A stretch of DNA of 39,101 bases from Candidatus Eiseniibacteriota bacterium (GTDB lineage: Bacteria > Arandabacterota > Arandabacteria > Arandabacterales > Arandabacteraceae). Under the pieces are notes generated by a model. The model had not been told where the DNA came from. It did not search any database and saw only the letters and a program-made list of their open reading frames with translations. A program made the translations under genes and the position numbers. Below are positions 1 to 9,818 of this stretch, piece after piece. The stretch lies in assembly GCA_043810925.1 (NCBI GenBank), contig JBDRNT010000041.1, forward strand, positions 1 to 39,101. The letters are read 5' to 3'. The stretch's first letter is position 1; the number at the start of each line of letters is the position of its first letter.

Positions 1-120
1 TACAAGGGCAGGAAACTCAAGCACAGGAAGATCACAAGAGTGACCAAGAAACAAAGACAGGAGGCCCTCAAAGAAGAGGCCTTAAGACAGGGTGACATTT
101 CTATGTTGCAGAATACATGA
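1..120 (+). CDS. C-terminal end of a probable ISNCY/IS1202-group transposase (partial, runs off window start)
   Basis: Open frame YKGRKLKHRKITRVTKKQRQEALKEEALRQGDISMLQNT* whose stop lies inside the IS terminal repeats; the YKGRxL motif resembles the C-terminus of these transposases. Confidence 0.55.
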   Translation, partial: YKGRKLKHRKITRVTKKQRQEALKEEALRQGDISMLQNT

Positions 121-141
121 CATTCTTATGTTGCAACTACA
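1..141 (+). mobile_element. Right end of an IS1202-like (ISNCY) insertion sequence
   Basis: Two subterminal direct repeats TGACATTTCTATGTTGCA (93-110) and TGACATTCTTATGTTGCA (118-135), then terminal ACA at 139-141 (TGT...ACA type ends). Confidence 0.65.
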
Positions 142-156
142 GCGCTCGGATAGATG

Positions 157-185
157 TTGACATCGCACCCCAACGGATATAGTCT
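157..185 (+). promoter_or_regulatory. sigma70-type promoter of gyrA
   Basis: TTGACA (157-162), 17-nt spacer, TAGTCT (180-185). Confidence 0.55.
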
Positions 186-278
186 AGAAGAGACAGTTCG
201 GGCCTCGCCCCCCTATCCATTCCGAGTCGGAACAAGGGGCGGATTAGTCATGATCGAGGACTACCAGAGGTAACCAGA

Positions 279-2711
279 ATGACGACTGGAAGAGAGAGAA
301 TCATCCCGGTCTATGTCGAAGACGAGATGAAACGCTCCTACATAGACTACTCGATGAGTGTGATTGTTTCCCGTGCACTACCTGATGTGAGAGACGGACT
401 CAAACCGTCTCAGCGCAGAATACTTGTTGCAATGAATGACCTGAACTTAAGCCCCACCTCGCACTATAGAAAGTGCGCGAAGATAGCCGGTGACACATCC
501 GGTAACTACCATCCACATGGCGAGCAGGTGGTATACCCGACGCTCGTAAGGATGGCGCAGGATTTCAACATGCGGTATCCGCTTGTACAGGGGCAAGGCA
601 ACTTCGGATCGATCGATGGGGATCCGCCTGCGGCGATGAGGTACACCGAGGCGAGGATGGCCGGGCCGGCAACCGAGGTATTGAATGATCTCGAAAAGGA
701 TACGGTCGATTTCGTTCCCAACTATGATGAGACACGCCAGATGCCAACGGTGCTTCCAGGCAAGTTTCCCAACCTGGTCTGTAACGGCTCCTCCGGCATA
801 GCGGTAGGCATGGCAACAAACATTCCGCCGCACAACCTGACCGAGGCTGCCGACGGTATCGCCGCGATGATAGACAACCCCAAGATGACTGATGAGGAAT
901 TGATCAAGATCGTTACGGGACCGGACTTTCCCACTGGCGGGATCATTTACGGCAGGCAGGGAATCAGGGATGCGTACCTTACGGGCAGGGGGCTTATCAC
1001 TGTCCGGGCGCGTGTTTTCTTTGAGACTGCGAAGAACGGAAGAGAGAAGATCATCGTCACCGAGATACCGTACCAGGTCAACAAGTCGGGTCTGATCGAG
1101 AGAATCGCGGACATGGTCAGAGACGGCAAGATTGAGGGGATCTCCGACCTGAGGGATGAGTCGGACAGAGACGGGAACAGGATCCTTATAGAACTTAAAC
1201 GCGATGCCCAGTCCAACATTGTGCTCAACCAGCTCTTCAAACACACGCCGATGCAGACCACATTCGGGGTTATCATGCTTGCGCTGGTTGATCTCGAGCC
1301 CAAGATACTCACCATCAAGGGCCTCCTTGAGCAATACATAAAGTTCCGGCATGAGGTGATCCTCCGTCGTACACGCTTCGATCTTGCCGCTGCCGAAAAG
1401 CGTGCGCACATCCTTGAAGGATTCAAGATAGCGCTTTCCAACATCGACGCCGTTATCGAGGTGATAAAAAAGTCCCCGACGGTGGAGGCCGCGAGGGACG
1501 CGCTGATGAGGACGTTTAAGCTCTCGGAAATCCAGGCAACTGCGATCCTCGAGATGCGACTCCAGCGGCTCACGGGTCTGGAGCGAAAGAAGATAGAGGA
1601 TGAGTATCTGGAACTGATAAAGAAGATCGAAGCGCTGAGAGCCATACTTGCAAGCCACGCAAAGCAGATGGAGATAATCAAGCAAGAGGTCCTGGAGGTA
1701 AAGAAGAAATACGGAGATGCCAGGCGGACTGAGATCGTCGAGGCCGCGGCCGATTTTGATATCGAAGATCTGATTGCCGAAGAGGACATGGTAATCGCGA
1801 TCACACATGGCGGTTATATCAAGCGGATGCCCGTAACGCTCTATCGCAGACAGCGACGGGGTGGAAAGGGCGTGGTCGGCATGGGGACGAAGGAAGAGGA
1901 TTTTGTCGAGCACCTGTTCGTCGCATCAACGCATGACTATATACTCTTCTTCACAAATACCGGGAAGTGCCACTGGAAGAAGGTTCATGAGCTGCCTGAA
2001 GGCGGGAGATACTCGAAGGGCAAGTCGATTGCCAACGTCCTCGAGCTTGGCACGGAAGGCCGGGTAACGGCATTTGTCACCACGAAAGACTTCGCCGAGG
2101 ACCGGCATCTCATAATGGCGACACGGCTTGGTGTGATAAAGAAGACGAGATTGGCGGCATTTTCGCATCAGCGACGTGGCGGGATCATCGGAATCACACT
2201 TGATGAGGGCGACACCTTGATCGACGCCCGGCTGACGGATGGTTCGAATGACGTCATACTGGCAAAAAGCGGCGGCAGGGCGATCAGGTTCCATGAGCAA
2301 GATGTAAGATCGATGGGCCGTAGCGCGCGTGGCGTGAGAGGCGTGACACTTGAGAAGGGTGATGTCGTTGTCGGAATGGTTGTTGTCGTCAGAGAGGGTA
2401 CGCTCCTTGTTGTAAGCGCGAACGGCTACGGCAAGCGCTCGCCCATATCCGATTACAGGGTAACCAAACGGGGCGGCAAAGGTATCCTGACGATGCGGTG
2501 CACGGAGAAAACCGGGGAGCTCGTGTCGATCATGGAAGTGGTTGACGAAGATGAGTTGATGATAATGTCCCAGCATGGATCGGTGATACGGGTGCCGATC
2601 AAGGGGGTTTCGGTCATAGGCAGGGCAACCCAGGGCGTGAGACTCAAGGTCCTGGAAGCAGGAGACCGGGTAGTCGACGTCGCCAGGGTTGTGAGCGAAG
2701 ATACCGAATAG
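279..2711 (+). CDS. gyrA: DNA gyrase subunit A
   Basis: [17 protein letters not shown], catalytic AAMRYTE, GyrA-box QRRGGKG and C-terminal beta-pinwheel repeats. Confidence 0.97.
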   Translation: MTTGRERIIPVYVEDEMKRSYIDYSMSVIVSRALPDVRDGLKPSQRRILVAMNDLNLSPTSHYRKCAKIAGDTSGNYHPHGEQVVYPTLVRMAQDFNMRYPLVQGQGNFGSIDGDPPAAMRYTEARMAGPATEVLNDLEKDTVDFVPNYDETRQMPTVLPGKFPNLVCNGSSGIAVGMATNIPPHNLTEAADGIAAMIDNPKMTDEELIKIVTGPDFPTGGIIYGRQGIRDAYLTGRGLITVRARVFFETAKNGREKIIVTEIPYQVNKSGLIERIADMVRDGKIEGISDLRDESDRDGNRILIELKRDAQSNIVLNQLFKHTPMQTTFGVIMLALVDLEPKILTIKGLLEQYIKFRHEVILRRTRFDLAAAEKRAHILEGFKIALSNIDAVIEVIKKSPTVEAARDALMRTFKLSEIQATAILEMRLQRLTGLERKKIEDEYLELIKKIEALRAILASHAKQMEIIKQEVLEVKKKYGDARRTEIVEAAADFDIEDLIAEEDMVIAITHGGYIKRMPVTLYRRQRRGGKGVVGMGTKEEDFVEHLFVASTHDYILFFTNTGKCHWKKVHELPEGGRYSKGKSIANVLELGTEGRVTAFVTTKDFAEDRHLIMATRLGVIKKTRLAAFSHQRRGGIIGITLDEGDTLIDARLTDGSNDVILAKSGGRAIRFHEQDVRSMGRSARGVRGVTLEKGDVVVGMVVVVREGTLLVVSANGYGKRSPISDYRVTKRGGKGILTMRCTEKTGELVSIMEVVDEDELMIMSQHGSVIRVPIKGVSVIGRATQGVRLKVLEAGDRVVDVARVVSEDTE

Positions 2712-2759
2712 CTAAAGTCCGCAATTCGGTGTGTCGATTACTAAGATGTGAGCGTAAAT

Positions 2760-2801
2760 AAGCCGGCTTGCTACCCATTTATGGGTGGAGGTCGGTTTTT
2801 T
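2760..2801 (+). terminator. Intrinsic terminator-like hairpin after gyrA
   Basis: AGCCGGCTT-G-CTACCCA-ttta-TGGGTGG-AGGTCGGTT followed by a T-run; long stem with G-U pairs and one bulge. Confidence 0.5.
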
Positions 2802-4806
2802 GCATAGGACCCGCCTGGTATTGATGACTCTGGTGTTGGTCTCGATCCACCTGAGCTGCTCGGTCGACTCGCCTCAGATGCCTTCATGGGACGTTACGCT
2901 CTCGCTTCCCGTTGTTACGGAGGAGTTCTCATTCAGGGATCTTGCCGATGATGAGGATTTCATCAATGTCGTCGGTGACAGTCTCGAGATACGCGTCAAA
3001 GAGCCCATCACCAAATTGAGCTTTAGAGATAAGCTTATACTCAACGCGGACAGCGAGGACTTCGGTGTTTCACTGGGGAGTTTCCTGGTGGATTCGATCG
3101 GGGGCGGACATGTCACACTCACCCTTGGGGAGCTCTGGGATAATGCTCCGGGATCGGGTGTCTCGATGGAGGTCCTCCCATTCTGTTTTCCGGATTCCGG
3201 CGGGATACCGCTGTTGAGAACGATCGATATGGGTGAGAGCTACCGGTACATTGAATTCACCGAAGGGACACTTCTCGTCACGGTTCGAAACGGGCTCCCG
3301 GTCAGTCTGGGAAACCCGGGTGGTGGATGCCCGCTCCGGATCACCGTGATCTCCGGCAGCGAATATGCGGACTCATGCGTTGCCGGCGAAGCCGTTGGTC
3401 CGGGATCCGAAACGACGTTCGAGCTTGATCTGGCGGGGTCACGAATCACCAGCGACGTCGATGTGACAATCGTCGGAGGTTCTACGGGGAGTGACGGCGA
3501 GGTTCATGTTTCTCCAGACGATGAGATCGAGATCACCGTAATGCCTGTTGACATCCGCGCGGCAAGGGCGCTCGCCCGGATCCCGGAGCAGATCTTTGCC
3601 GAGACAACGACAATTGCCATTGAGGATTCAACCAGACTTGTCAGCGCGGAAATAGCAACGGGATCTGCCGACTTTGTGCTCACGAATGACCTGCCTGTTG
3701 CGCTTACCATGCATGTCGAAACCGGGAATGTGACTATAGGTGGCGCTCCACTCGTTATCAGAAAGTACATCGACGCGCTTTCCAACTCCATGGTCACTGT
3801 TGATCTTTCGGGCTACCGGATAGAGACGAGTCCGGTCGCCGGTGACACGCTTGAGGGTAGTAACGAGATAGATTTTGACGTCAGGGCCGAGCTCGATAGA
3901 CAGGACGATCTCATCGACCTGTCCGCGGCCGACACTGTTTCGGTACATGTCACACTTGATGAGATCGTGTTGAACAAGGTCAAGGGGACACTCAAACCGA
4001 CGGTTGTAACCTTTTCGGAGGAACGGACGCTCGAGTTCCCGGAGGGGTTTGAATGCATAAGCCCGTATGCGGCGGAACTGATCATAAACATTACCAACAC
4101 CGCTATGGTTGGGGGCAGTTTCACGCTCGATGTCGAAGGAGAACGAGGCGCAACGTTGCGCGAAGCTCGTTTCAATGGGGTGATCGAAGCGGCGGAATCC
4201 GAGGGTATTTCACATACTACACGGTGTGAGTACACCGGCGAAGATGCAATACATCTTGTCGGCATCTTCCCGGAGGTCATCCGGATCGATGGTGAAGCAA
4301 CCGTGTCGGGCAGGGGAACGATATCGGTTGAGGATTCTCTTTGTGGTGATTTCGAAATGATAGTGCCCCTGGTGTTCGAAGTTAATGCGGACACCTTCAC
4401 GACCAGCCCGAGGTTCAGCGAAATAGACAAGGGCGTGAGGGAGAGTATCGAGGATGATATCGAAAGATCACGGTTCTGTGGCCGGGTCGTTACCGGTGCC
4501 CCTCTGAGTGGTGGTGTGCGGTTGTTTATGGGGGGCGATTCCGCCTCGGTCTATTCCGCCCCCCTGCTTGTACTTCCCCAGGATGGGTACTCAATCGATT
4601 TTGACGGAACACAAGAGACGAGCGGGAGCAATCCCGAATTCGAAATCGACCTCGGTGAGGGTGAACTCGAGGTATTCGCACGCGAGCATCTGTGGTTCGG
4701 GCTTGAGATAAGATTGGACCCAAGTTACGGGCCTGTCACGATCGGGCCGGATGATGCCGTATGTATCGAAGGAAGAGTCGAGCTGGTCAGGAGGGTCGGA
4801 TCTTGA
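2800..4806 (+). CDS. Hypothetical lipoprotein, acidic and beta-rich (ORF track starts 2785; TTG at 2800 follows GGAGGT)
   Basis: Signal peptide with lipobox-like LSC, then PSWDVTLSLP; long uninterrupted ORF. Confidence 0.75.
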   Translation: MHRTRLVLMTLVLVSIHLSCSVDSPQMPSWDVTLSLPVVTEEFSFRDLADDEDFINVVGDSLEIRVKEPITKLSFRDKLILNADSEDFGVSLGSFLVDSIGGGHVTLTLGELWDNAPGSGVSMEVLPFCFPDSGGIPLLRTIDMGESYRYIEFTEGTLLVTVRNGLPVSLGNPGGGCPLRITVISGSEYADSCVAGEAVGPGSETTFELDLAGSRITSDVDVTIVGGSTGSDGEVHVSPDDEIEITVMPVDIRAARALARIPEQIFAETTTIAIEDSTRLVSAEIATGSADFVLTNDLPVALTMHVETGNVTIGGAPLVIRKYIDALSNSMVTVDLSGYRIETSPVAGDTLEGSNEIDFDVRAELDRQDDLIDLSAADTVSVHVTLDEIVLNKVKGTLKPTVVTFSEERTLEFPEGFECISPYAAELIINITNTAMVGGSFTLDVEGERGATLREARFNGVIEAAESEGISHTTRCEYTGEDAIHLVGIFPEVIRIDGEATVSGRGTISVEDSLCGDFEMIVPLVFEVNADTFTTSPRFSEIDKGVRESIEDDIERSRFCGRVVTGAPLSGGVRLFMGGDSASVYSAPLLVLPQDGYSIDFDGTQETSGSNPEFEIDLGEGELEVFAREHLWFGLEIRLDPSYGPVTIGPDDAVCIEGRVELVRRVGS

Positions 4807-5972
4807 AGATCTCGACAGGGGCTGTGATGGTGCTGATTCTGGCTCTCGCCCCGGATGTGACCGCTGCCCGGGGGTTCGATGCCGGCCTGCCGTTTGTGGC
4901 CGGACAGGAAGAGACCGAAGTTGAGTACTTCTCCCTCGGCCTGGACCTCGGGAGCAACAGCGTCTCGCTGGGCGACTACGGCATGTATAACGGCAGCTTC
5001 CTTACCGACCGTCAGAAGCACGACATAGTCGGTTCGGTGCCGGATGGGGGATTGAGCCTGTTCTCTACGGCCGAAGCCCGCGGCTGTGGTGCTGTAATCG
5101 GCAACGTGGCGATAACGATGGCTTTTCGTGCGGGCGAGAATGCTAATGTTCCCAAAGATGTCCTCGATCTTGTGCTTTTCGGGAACGAGACAGGCAGAAC
5201 CTACCATCTCGACGATACGGCCGGCGAGGCGCTTGCCTCGGCAGAGATAGGGGCCTTCTATTCAAGACGGGTACCCGGGCTTGGAGCCGAGACATCGATC
5301 GGTGGTGGTCTCAGGGTCATCAAAGGGCTCGCCTATGGTGGCATCACTCATGCGCAGGGGAGGTTACACTCGGCTGATACGGGAATCAGCGGGGACGGCA
5401 GAATAGAACTCAGAACCGCACGGGGTGGGACGGGCTACGCGCTCGATCTTGGGCTCCAATACAGAACACATACGGATATAACAATATATGCATATATTCG
5501 GGATGTCTTTTCCACGATCCGGTGGACGAGAGGCTGCCATGAGGAGGTAAACACCTTCCTTTTTGACAGCGTGGTGCTGGGAGGGAACGACCCCGACTCG
5601 CTGATAACGAGCGCCAACGAATCCCATGACATCACAGCCTTTACGACCAGACAAGTGCCACATCTGCACCTTGTAGTCGAGAGGCCCTGGTCGGACACGG
5701 ACTTAGCCCTCATCTACAGTCAGGGGTTTGGAAATGGGGCGTTGGTAACCTCGCAACCCGAGTTCACTCTCCGGGCCGCCCGAAGTGTCCGCAGCTGGAT
5801 GGAGATTGAGGGGTCTTTCGGTTGGGACGGGCAAACAGGGATAAAAGAAGGCTTACTGGCAAAACTGGGGAAGCGGACGAGGTTCCTGATCGGAGTAGGG
5901 GTCTCACCTGCCCCGTGGCCGTCATCGCTCAAGCAGCTATCCCTTGATGTAGGAGTTACCCGCCTGTTATAG
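4803..5972 (+). CDS. Putative outer-membrane beta-barrel protein (DUF5723-like), coupled to the upstream lipoprotein
   Basis: Signal peptide, LxLFGN and GYALDLG motifs, alternating beta-strand pattern; TTG start overlaps the upstream TGA (TTGA) after GGAGG. Confidence 0.6.
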   Translation: MKISTGAVMVLILALAPDVTAARGFDAGLPFVAGQEETEVEYFSLGLDLGSNSVSLGDYGMYNGSFLTDRQKHDIVGSVPDGGLSLFSTAEARGCGAVIGNVAITMAFRAGENANVPKDVLDLVLFGNETGRTYHLDDTAGEALASAEIGAFYSRRVPGLGAETSIGGGLRVIKGLAYGGITHAQGRLHSADTGISGDGRIELRTARGGTGYALDLGLQYRTHTDITIYAYIRDVFSTIRWTRGCHEEVNTFLFDSVVLGGNDPDSLITSANESHDITAFTTRQVPHLHLVVERPWSDTDLALIYSQGFGNGALVTSQPEFTLRAARSVRSWMEIEGSFGWDGQTGIKEGLLAKLGKRTRFLIGVGVSPAPWPSSLKQLSLDVGVTRLL

Positions 5973-6023
5973 ACCGATCTTGATCCCGCCGGTTTCCTGC
6001 CGGTCAGAGCACCCTGACTTACG

Positions 6024-6233
6024 TTAGCCGACCTCATCGGGGTGGCCGGGCTCGCCGGCACCGACTGTCACCAGGGCGAAGTAATCCAGCCCGGCGGCGA
6101 TGCCGCGTTCCCTGATCGCACATTGAGGGCAGAACCAGCTGCCGTCGATGTACTCAGCGCACTTGGGGCATACAGCATCGGAACATCTTGTGCAGACAGT
6201 ATCCTTGGGTTTGTCATGGAGCTTGCAGTTCAT
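6024..6233 (-). CDS. Small B-box-like zinc-finger protein
   Basis: MNCKLH...CTRCSDAVCPKC...FCPQC (CxxH, CxxC, CxxC, CxxC); purine-rich SD upstream of the ATG at 6233. Confidence 0.65.
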   Translation of the reverse strand: MNCKLHDKPKDTVCTRCSDAVCPKCAEYIDGSWFCPQCAIRERGIAAGLDYFALVTVGAGEPGHPDEVG

Positions 6234-6364
6234 CTTTCTTCCCCTTGCACATCCTTGTTTTGTGTCCGGGTCACAGGAGGAGTTCCGAATGACCCTTACC
6301 CCTGGTATTTCGGTACAAGAGGTCACACGCTTGAGGAGTAGATGCCGTCATCGCGGGGCCGGCG

Positions 6365-6393
6365 TTGACTGGGGCAGCTGTCCACCGTAGAAT
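6365..6393 (+). promoter_or_regulatory. sigma70-type promoter, probably giving a leaderless mRNA
   Basis: TTGACT-17 nt-TAGAAT; ATG at 6400 is 6 nt after the -10 box, with no SD. Confidence 0.6.
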
Positions 6394-6399
6394 GATGAT

Positions 6400-7092
6400 A
6401 TGTACGGTTACTACGATGACAATCTCGCTGCAGAGCGTCTGAAACAGGTCTATGCGATTGCCCCTCCGCGGATACAACAGTACCTCGAAGCCGAAGTGAG
6501 CCATGTTCTTGAGCGAATCCGGCAGGGTGACGTTGTTCTGGATCTTGGCTGCGGCTACGGACGGGTTCTGCCCCGCTTTGCGGCGAAGGCCCGCGCGGCA
6601 GTGGGCATCGATACATCGCTTTCAAGCCTGGTCATGGCGCAGAAGGACCTATGCGGTACGCCGGACTGCTTTGTGCTCTGTATGGACGCCGTCCGGCTCG
6701 GCTTCCGTGATGGCGTGTTCGACGTTGTCGTCTGTATCCAGAATGGTATGTCCGCGTTTCATGTCGACCGGAAAGCCCTGATACGGGAGAGCTTCCGGGT
6801 GACAAGACCGGGCGGGACTGTCCTCTTTTCCACGTACTCTCAACGCTTCTGGGATGACCGGCTGGAGTGGTTCAGGCTCCAGTCGGAGGCGGGGCTGCTC
6901 GGCGAGATGGACTACGAAAAGACGCGCAACGGTGTGATCGTCTGCAAAGATGGTTTCACCGGAACGGCAGTCGCGCCGGAAGAACTTGAGATTCTTACCG
7001 GCAGCCTTGACGCAGACGTCATGATCACCGAAGTAGATGGGTCAAGTGTCTTCTGCGAGATAAAGCCGCGCTCTGGTGGACACCGGTTTTGA
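6400..7092 (+). CDS. Class I SAM-dependent methyltransferase
   Basis: VLDLGCGYG motif I, GIDTS, FDVVVC, RVTRPGG. Confidence 0.9.
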   Translation: MYGYYDDNLAAERLKQVYAIAPPRIQQYLEAEVSHVLERIRQGDVVLDLGCGYGRVLPRFAAKARAAVGIDTSLSSLVMAQKDLCGTPDCFVLCMDAVRLGFRDGVFDVVVCIQNGMSAFHVDRKALIRESFRVTRPGGTVLFSTYSQRFWDDRLEWFRLQSEAGLLGEMDYEKTRNGVIVCKDGFTGTAVAPEELEILTGSLDADVMITEVDGSSVFCEIKPRSGGHRF

Positions 7093-7117
7093 CTTCAGGC
7101 TAAAGCCCTGCTACGAT
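7089..7117 (+). promoter_or_regulatory. sigma70-type promoter for the HAD gene
   Basis: TTGACT-17 nt-TACGAT with extended -10 TG; ATG at 7127, no SD. Confidence 0.5.
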
Positions 7118-7126
7118 CTTCTCCTG

Positions 7127-7819
7127 ATGATGCTGACTACCGTCTTGCTCGATGCAGGTGGCGTGATTCTGGATGAATCAGAGCACGAGCGCGTGCGCGT
7201 CGCCATTGCCGTGGAAGTTCTCAACACGGTGATTCCAGGATATACTCAGGCGGCCTTCTATTCAGAAATCAATGAAGCGATTGAATCTTTCTGCCCGAGG
7301 ATCCTATCGTATGTTTTCTGGAAGCACCTGAAGCCCGATCGCGAACGTTATGACGATCTCTATGCCTTGTTCCAAGAGCGCTGGCGTGAGGCCCGGCCTG
7401 CGCTCAAGTTGATGCGGGGCTTCGGGAAGGAAGTCGAGGCGATGGCCGGCAACTTCGATATCGGAATCGCGGGCCAGTACGGGAAGGACATGCTCGATCT
7501 CCTAGAAACCGAAAGCCTGCTTCGCTTCTTCAGGTACCGGTTCACACAGGACGACTTCGCGATAACAAAGCCGGATCCGCGCTACCTTGAGCAGATCGCA
7601 GAGGCGTGCGGCGTCGATCCCCGGCAGTGCATCATGGTCGGAGACAGGGTAGACAACGACGTAATACCGGCAAAGCAAGTGGGTATGGGAACTGTTCTCG
7701 TCCGTGTAGGCCTGCATGAGCTTCAACAGCCGAGAACTCCATTTGAGATTCCGGATATGGAGATTACGGGTATTACCGGGCTTGCGGCAGCGGTGTCGAC
7801 CGTTGCAGGAATGCGCTGA
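7127..7819 (+). CDS. HAD-superfamily hydrolase
   Basis: LLDAGGVI motif I, KPDP motif III, MVGDRVDND motif IV. Confidence 0.9.
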   Translation: MMLTTVLLDAGGVILDESEHERVRVAIAVEVLNTVIPGYTQAAFYSEINEAIESFCPRILSYVFWKHLKPDRERYDDLYALFQERWREARPALKLMRGFGKEVEAMAGNFDIGIAGQYGKDMLDLLETESLLRFFRYRFTQDDFAITKPDPRYLEQIAEACGVDPRQCIMVGDRVDNDVIPAKQVGMGTVLVRVGLHELQQPRTPFEIPDMEITGITGLAAAVSTVAGMR

Positions 7820-7827
7820 GTATCTTT

Positions 7828-8832
7828 ATGAATGCGATCGATTGGATTCTGCAGGAACTCAAACCCGGAAAGTGTACCTCGGAGGAGTTCTTCTACAACG
7901 ATATGGACTCGCAGTCGGGTTATGCCCTTCCCATAATCTATGAGCCGTTTGATATAAACAGGCGATCTCACTGGAGTGACAGGGGCGCGCTCTTTGACTT
8001 TCTCTTCGCAACACGGGGACACGGTAAGAGACTCCTTGACTTCGGTCCGGGTGATGGATGGCCGTCACTTATAATGGCACCCTTTGTCGGAGAGATCGTC
8101 GGTGTCGAAGGGTCGCGCCGCCGCGTCGATGTGTGTAAGGCAAATGCCGGGCGGATGGGCATCTCGAATGTGGATTTCGTTTTCGTCGAGCCCGGGGGCC
8201 CCCTGCCGTTTGAGACCGCGAGTTTCGACGGGGCTATGGCGGCGTCGTCGATTGAACAGACCCCGGATCCATGCTTCAGCCTCAAGGAGCTTCACCGGGT
8301 TCTTAAAGCCTCAGGGCGGCTTCGGGTTGACTACGAAGACCTCGATAGATACCGCGGGAGCAAGGAGCAAGAGGCCACGATCCTGGCTCTTGACGACAAG
8401 ACATGCAAACTTGTGCTCTATGATCGTGACATCACACGCGAGCTGGCGGCCATGTATGGTGTAACGCTTTCAATACCGGCCGGAGAGGCGGCGAAGGTCT
8501 TATCCGGCGAGGCCGGTACGGTTCGCTTCGAACGAATCACACCCGATCTGCTTGATGAGAGTCGTCCGCACATCAAGAGCGCGCAGGTCTGTACGCTGAT
8601 GCATCCGTCGGCCAAAACGTTCGTGGGGTTGCTCGACGATGCAGGATTCAGCGAGGTGCTTCCGACCCACAGCGGGATCCGCCTGGCACGAGATCTCTTC
8701 GACGATCTTGTCGGGGAGGACCGTCCTTGTGGCCTCGATGCACTTGACAGTCTGCTTAAACCCCTGGTTGAGACGGAGGTCGGTAAGCCGGCTCCTGCTG
8801 AAGCCAACCCGCCCATCACGGCGGTCAAGTGA
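7828..8832 (+). CDS. Class I SAM-dependent methyltransferase
   Basis: LLDFGPGDG, GVEGS, LPFETASFD, ELHRVLKASG. Confidence 0.85.
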   Translation: MNAIDWILQELKPGKCTSEEFFYNDMDSQSGYALPIIYEPFDINRRSHWSDRGALFDFLFATRGHGKRLLDFGPGDGWPSLIMAPFVGEIVGVEGSRRRVDVCKANAGRMGISNVDFVFVEPGGPLPFETASFDGAMAASSIEQTPDPCFSLKELHRVLKASGRLRVDYEDLDRYRGSKEQEATILALDDKTCKLVLYDRDITRELAAMYGVTLSIPAGEAAKVLSGEAGTVRFERITPDLLDESRPHIKSAQVCTLMHPSAKTFVGLLDDAGFSEVLPTHSGIRLARDLFDDLVGEDRPCGLDALDSLLKPLVETEVGKPAPAEANPPITAVK

Positions 8833-8859
8833 GTGCCGCCCACCGGAGGGGACAGTTGC

Positions 8860-9612
8860 ATGAGTGATGACAACTACAGCGACTTTGCGGCACGCTATGA
8901 TCTTTTCTTTGCGAAGTTCGGTGAGCGCGATCCCGATGTAGTCAAGTGCTTTCGCAGTCTCTTCGAGCAAAACGCGGTTCGGGGCATCCTGGACTGTGCG
9001 TGCGGTACCGGACGCGACCTGCCGATGTTTCACCGTCTTGGTCTTGAAGTCTTTGGATCGGACATCGCGCCGTCGATGCTTGCAAAGGCGGAGGAGAACA
9101 TGGCAGGACTGGACCTGGCGATCCCCTTAAGGCGCGTGGACTACCGGGAGCTACCCCGGAGCTACCAGCGGCGATTCGATGCGGTCGCATGCCTGTCGAC
9201 CTCGCTGCTTGAAATGCCCGATGAGGGGGAGGTCCTCCGGGCTCTTAAGAGCATGAGAGAGGTTCTTAACGAGCGCGGCATATTGGTGATGTCGCAGGGT
9301 ACGACGGATAAGCAGTGGTCGGAAAAGCCGAGATTCATTCCGGCGGTCAACCGGCAAGACTTCTCGAGGGTCTTCGTGATCGATTATGAAGGTCGCGGCG
9401 CGCATTACAATGTTCTCGATCTGTTTCACTCCGATGAGACATGCGAATTCAAAGTGTGGACTGCCCATTACCATATAGTGCTCTTAAAGGATGACCTCGA
9501 ACGGCTCCTTAAAGACGCTGGTTTCGGCTTGATCGAGTTCTATGGAAGCTACCGGCTCGAGGCGTATGATAAGGCTTCAAGCGACGTCCTCTTAACCGTC
9601 GCCCACCGGTAG
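8860..9612 (+). CDS. Class I SAM-dependent methyltransferase (glycine/sarcosine N-methyltransferase-like)
   Basis: ILDCACGTG, GSDIAPSML, FDAVACL; GGAGG upstream of ATG 8860. Confidence 0.88.
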   Translation: MSDDNYSDFAARYDLFFAKFGERDPDVVKCFRSLFEQNAVRGILDCACGTGRDLPMFHRLGLEVFGSDIAPSMLAKAEENMAGLDLAIPLRRVDYRELPRSYQRRFDAVACLSTSLLEMPDEGEVLRALKSMREVLNERGILVMSQGTTDKQWSEKPRFIPAVNRQDFSRVFVIDYEGRGAHYNVLDLFHSDETCEFKVWTAHYHIVLLKDDLERLLKDAGFGLIEFYGSYRLEAYDKASSDVLLTVAHR

Positions 9613-9640
9613 CGTCGTCGCTCCTGCGGCGACGGCCTTT
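9613..9640 (+). terminator. Possible terminator hairpin
   Basis: CGTCGTCGC-tcct-GCGGCGACG immediately after the stop; only a short T-run follows. Confidence 0.35.
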
Positions 9641-9755
9641 ACGTCGGGTGAGCCGTGCTGAGCCGTGGGCCTAGCTGGGGCGACTCCCTGCCCCACCCTG
9701 CTCAGGATGAGACATTCGCTGGCGTGCCAGGGAATCGCCCGAGCACCCGCCACCG

Positions 9756-9784
9756 TTGATTCTACAGGCCCGGTGTGGTACACT
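9756..9784 (+). promoter_or_regulatory. sigma70-type promoter
   Basis: TTGATT-17 nt-TACACT with extended -10 TG. Confidence 0.5.
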
Positions 9785-9818
9785 CAGGACAAACCCCAAA
9801 CCCAGTGTGAGGTGAAGA

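Noticed and set aside
142-180. XerCD/dif-like target next to the IS1202-like end
   Set aside because: No 11-6-11 dif consensus is visible on this side of the element.
447-1913. Long antisense ORF (488 aa) and similar shadow ORFs such as 19637-21436 and 10164-11261
   Set aside because: They lie opposite well-supported genes, have no recognisable motifs, and are expected in GC-rich coding DNA.
279-2711. Alternative call as parC (topoisomerase IV subunit A)
   Set aside because: An intact GyrA-box QRRGGKG and a full C-terminal pinwheel support gyrA.
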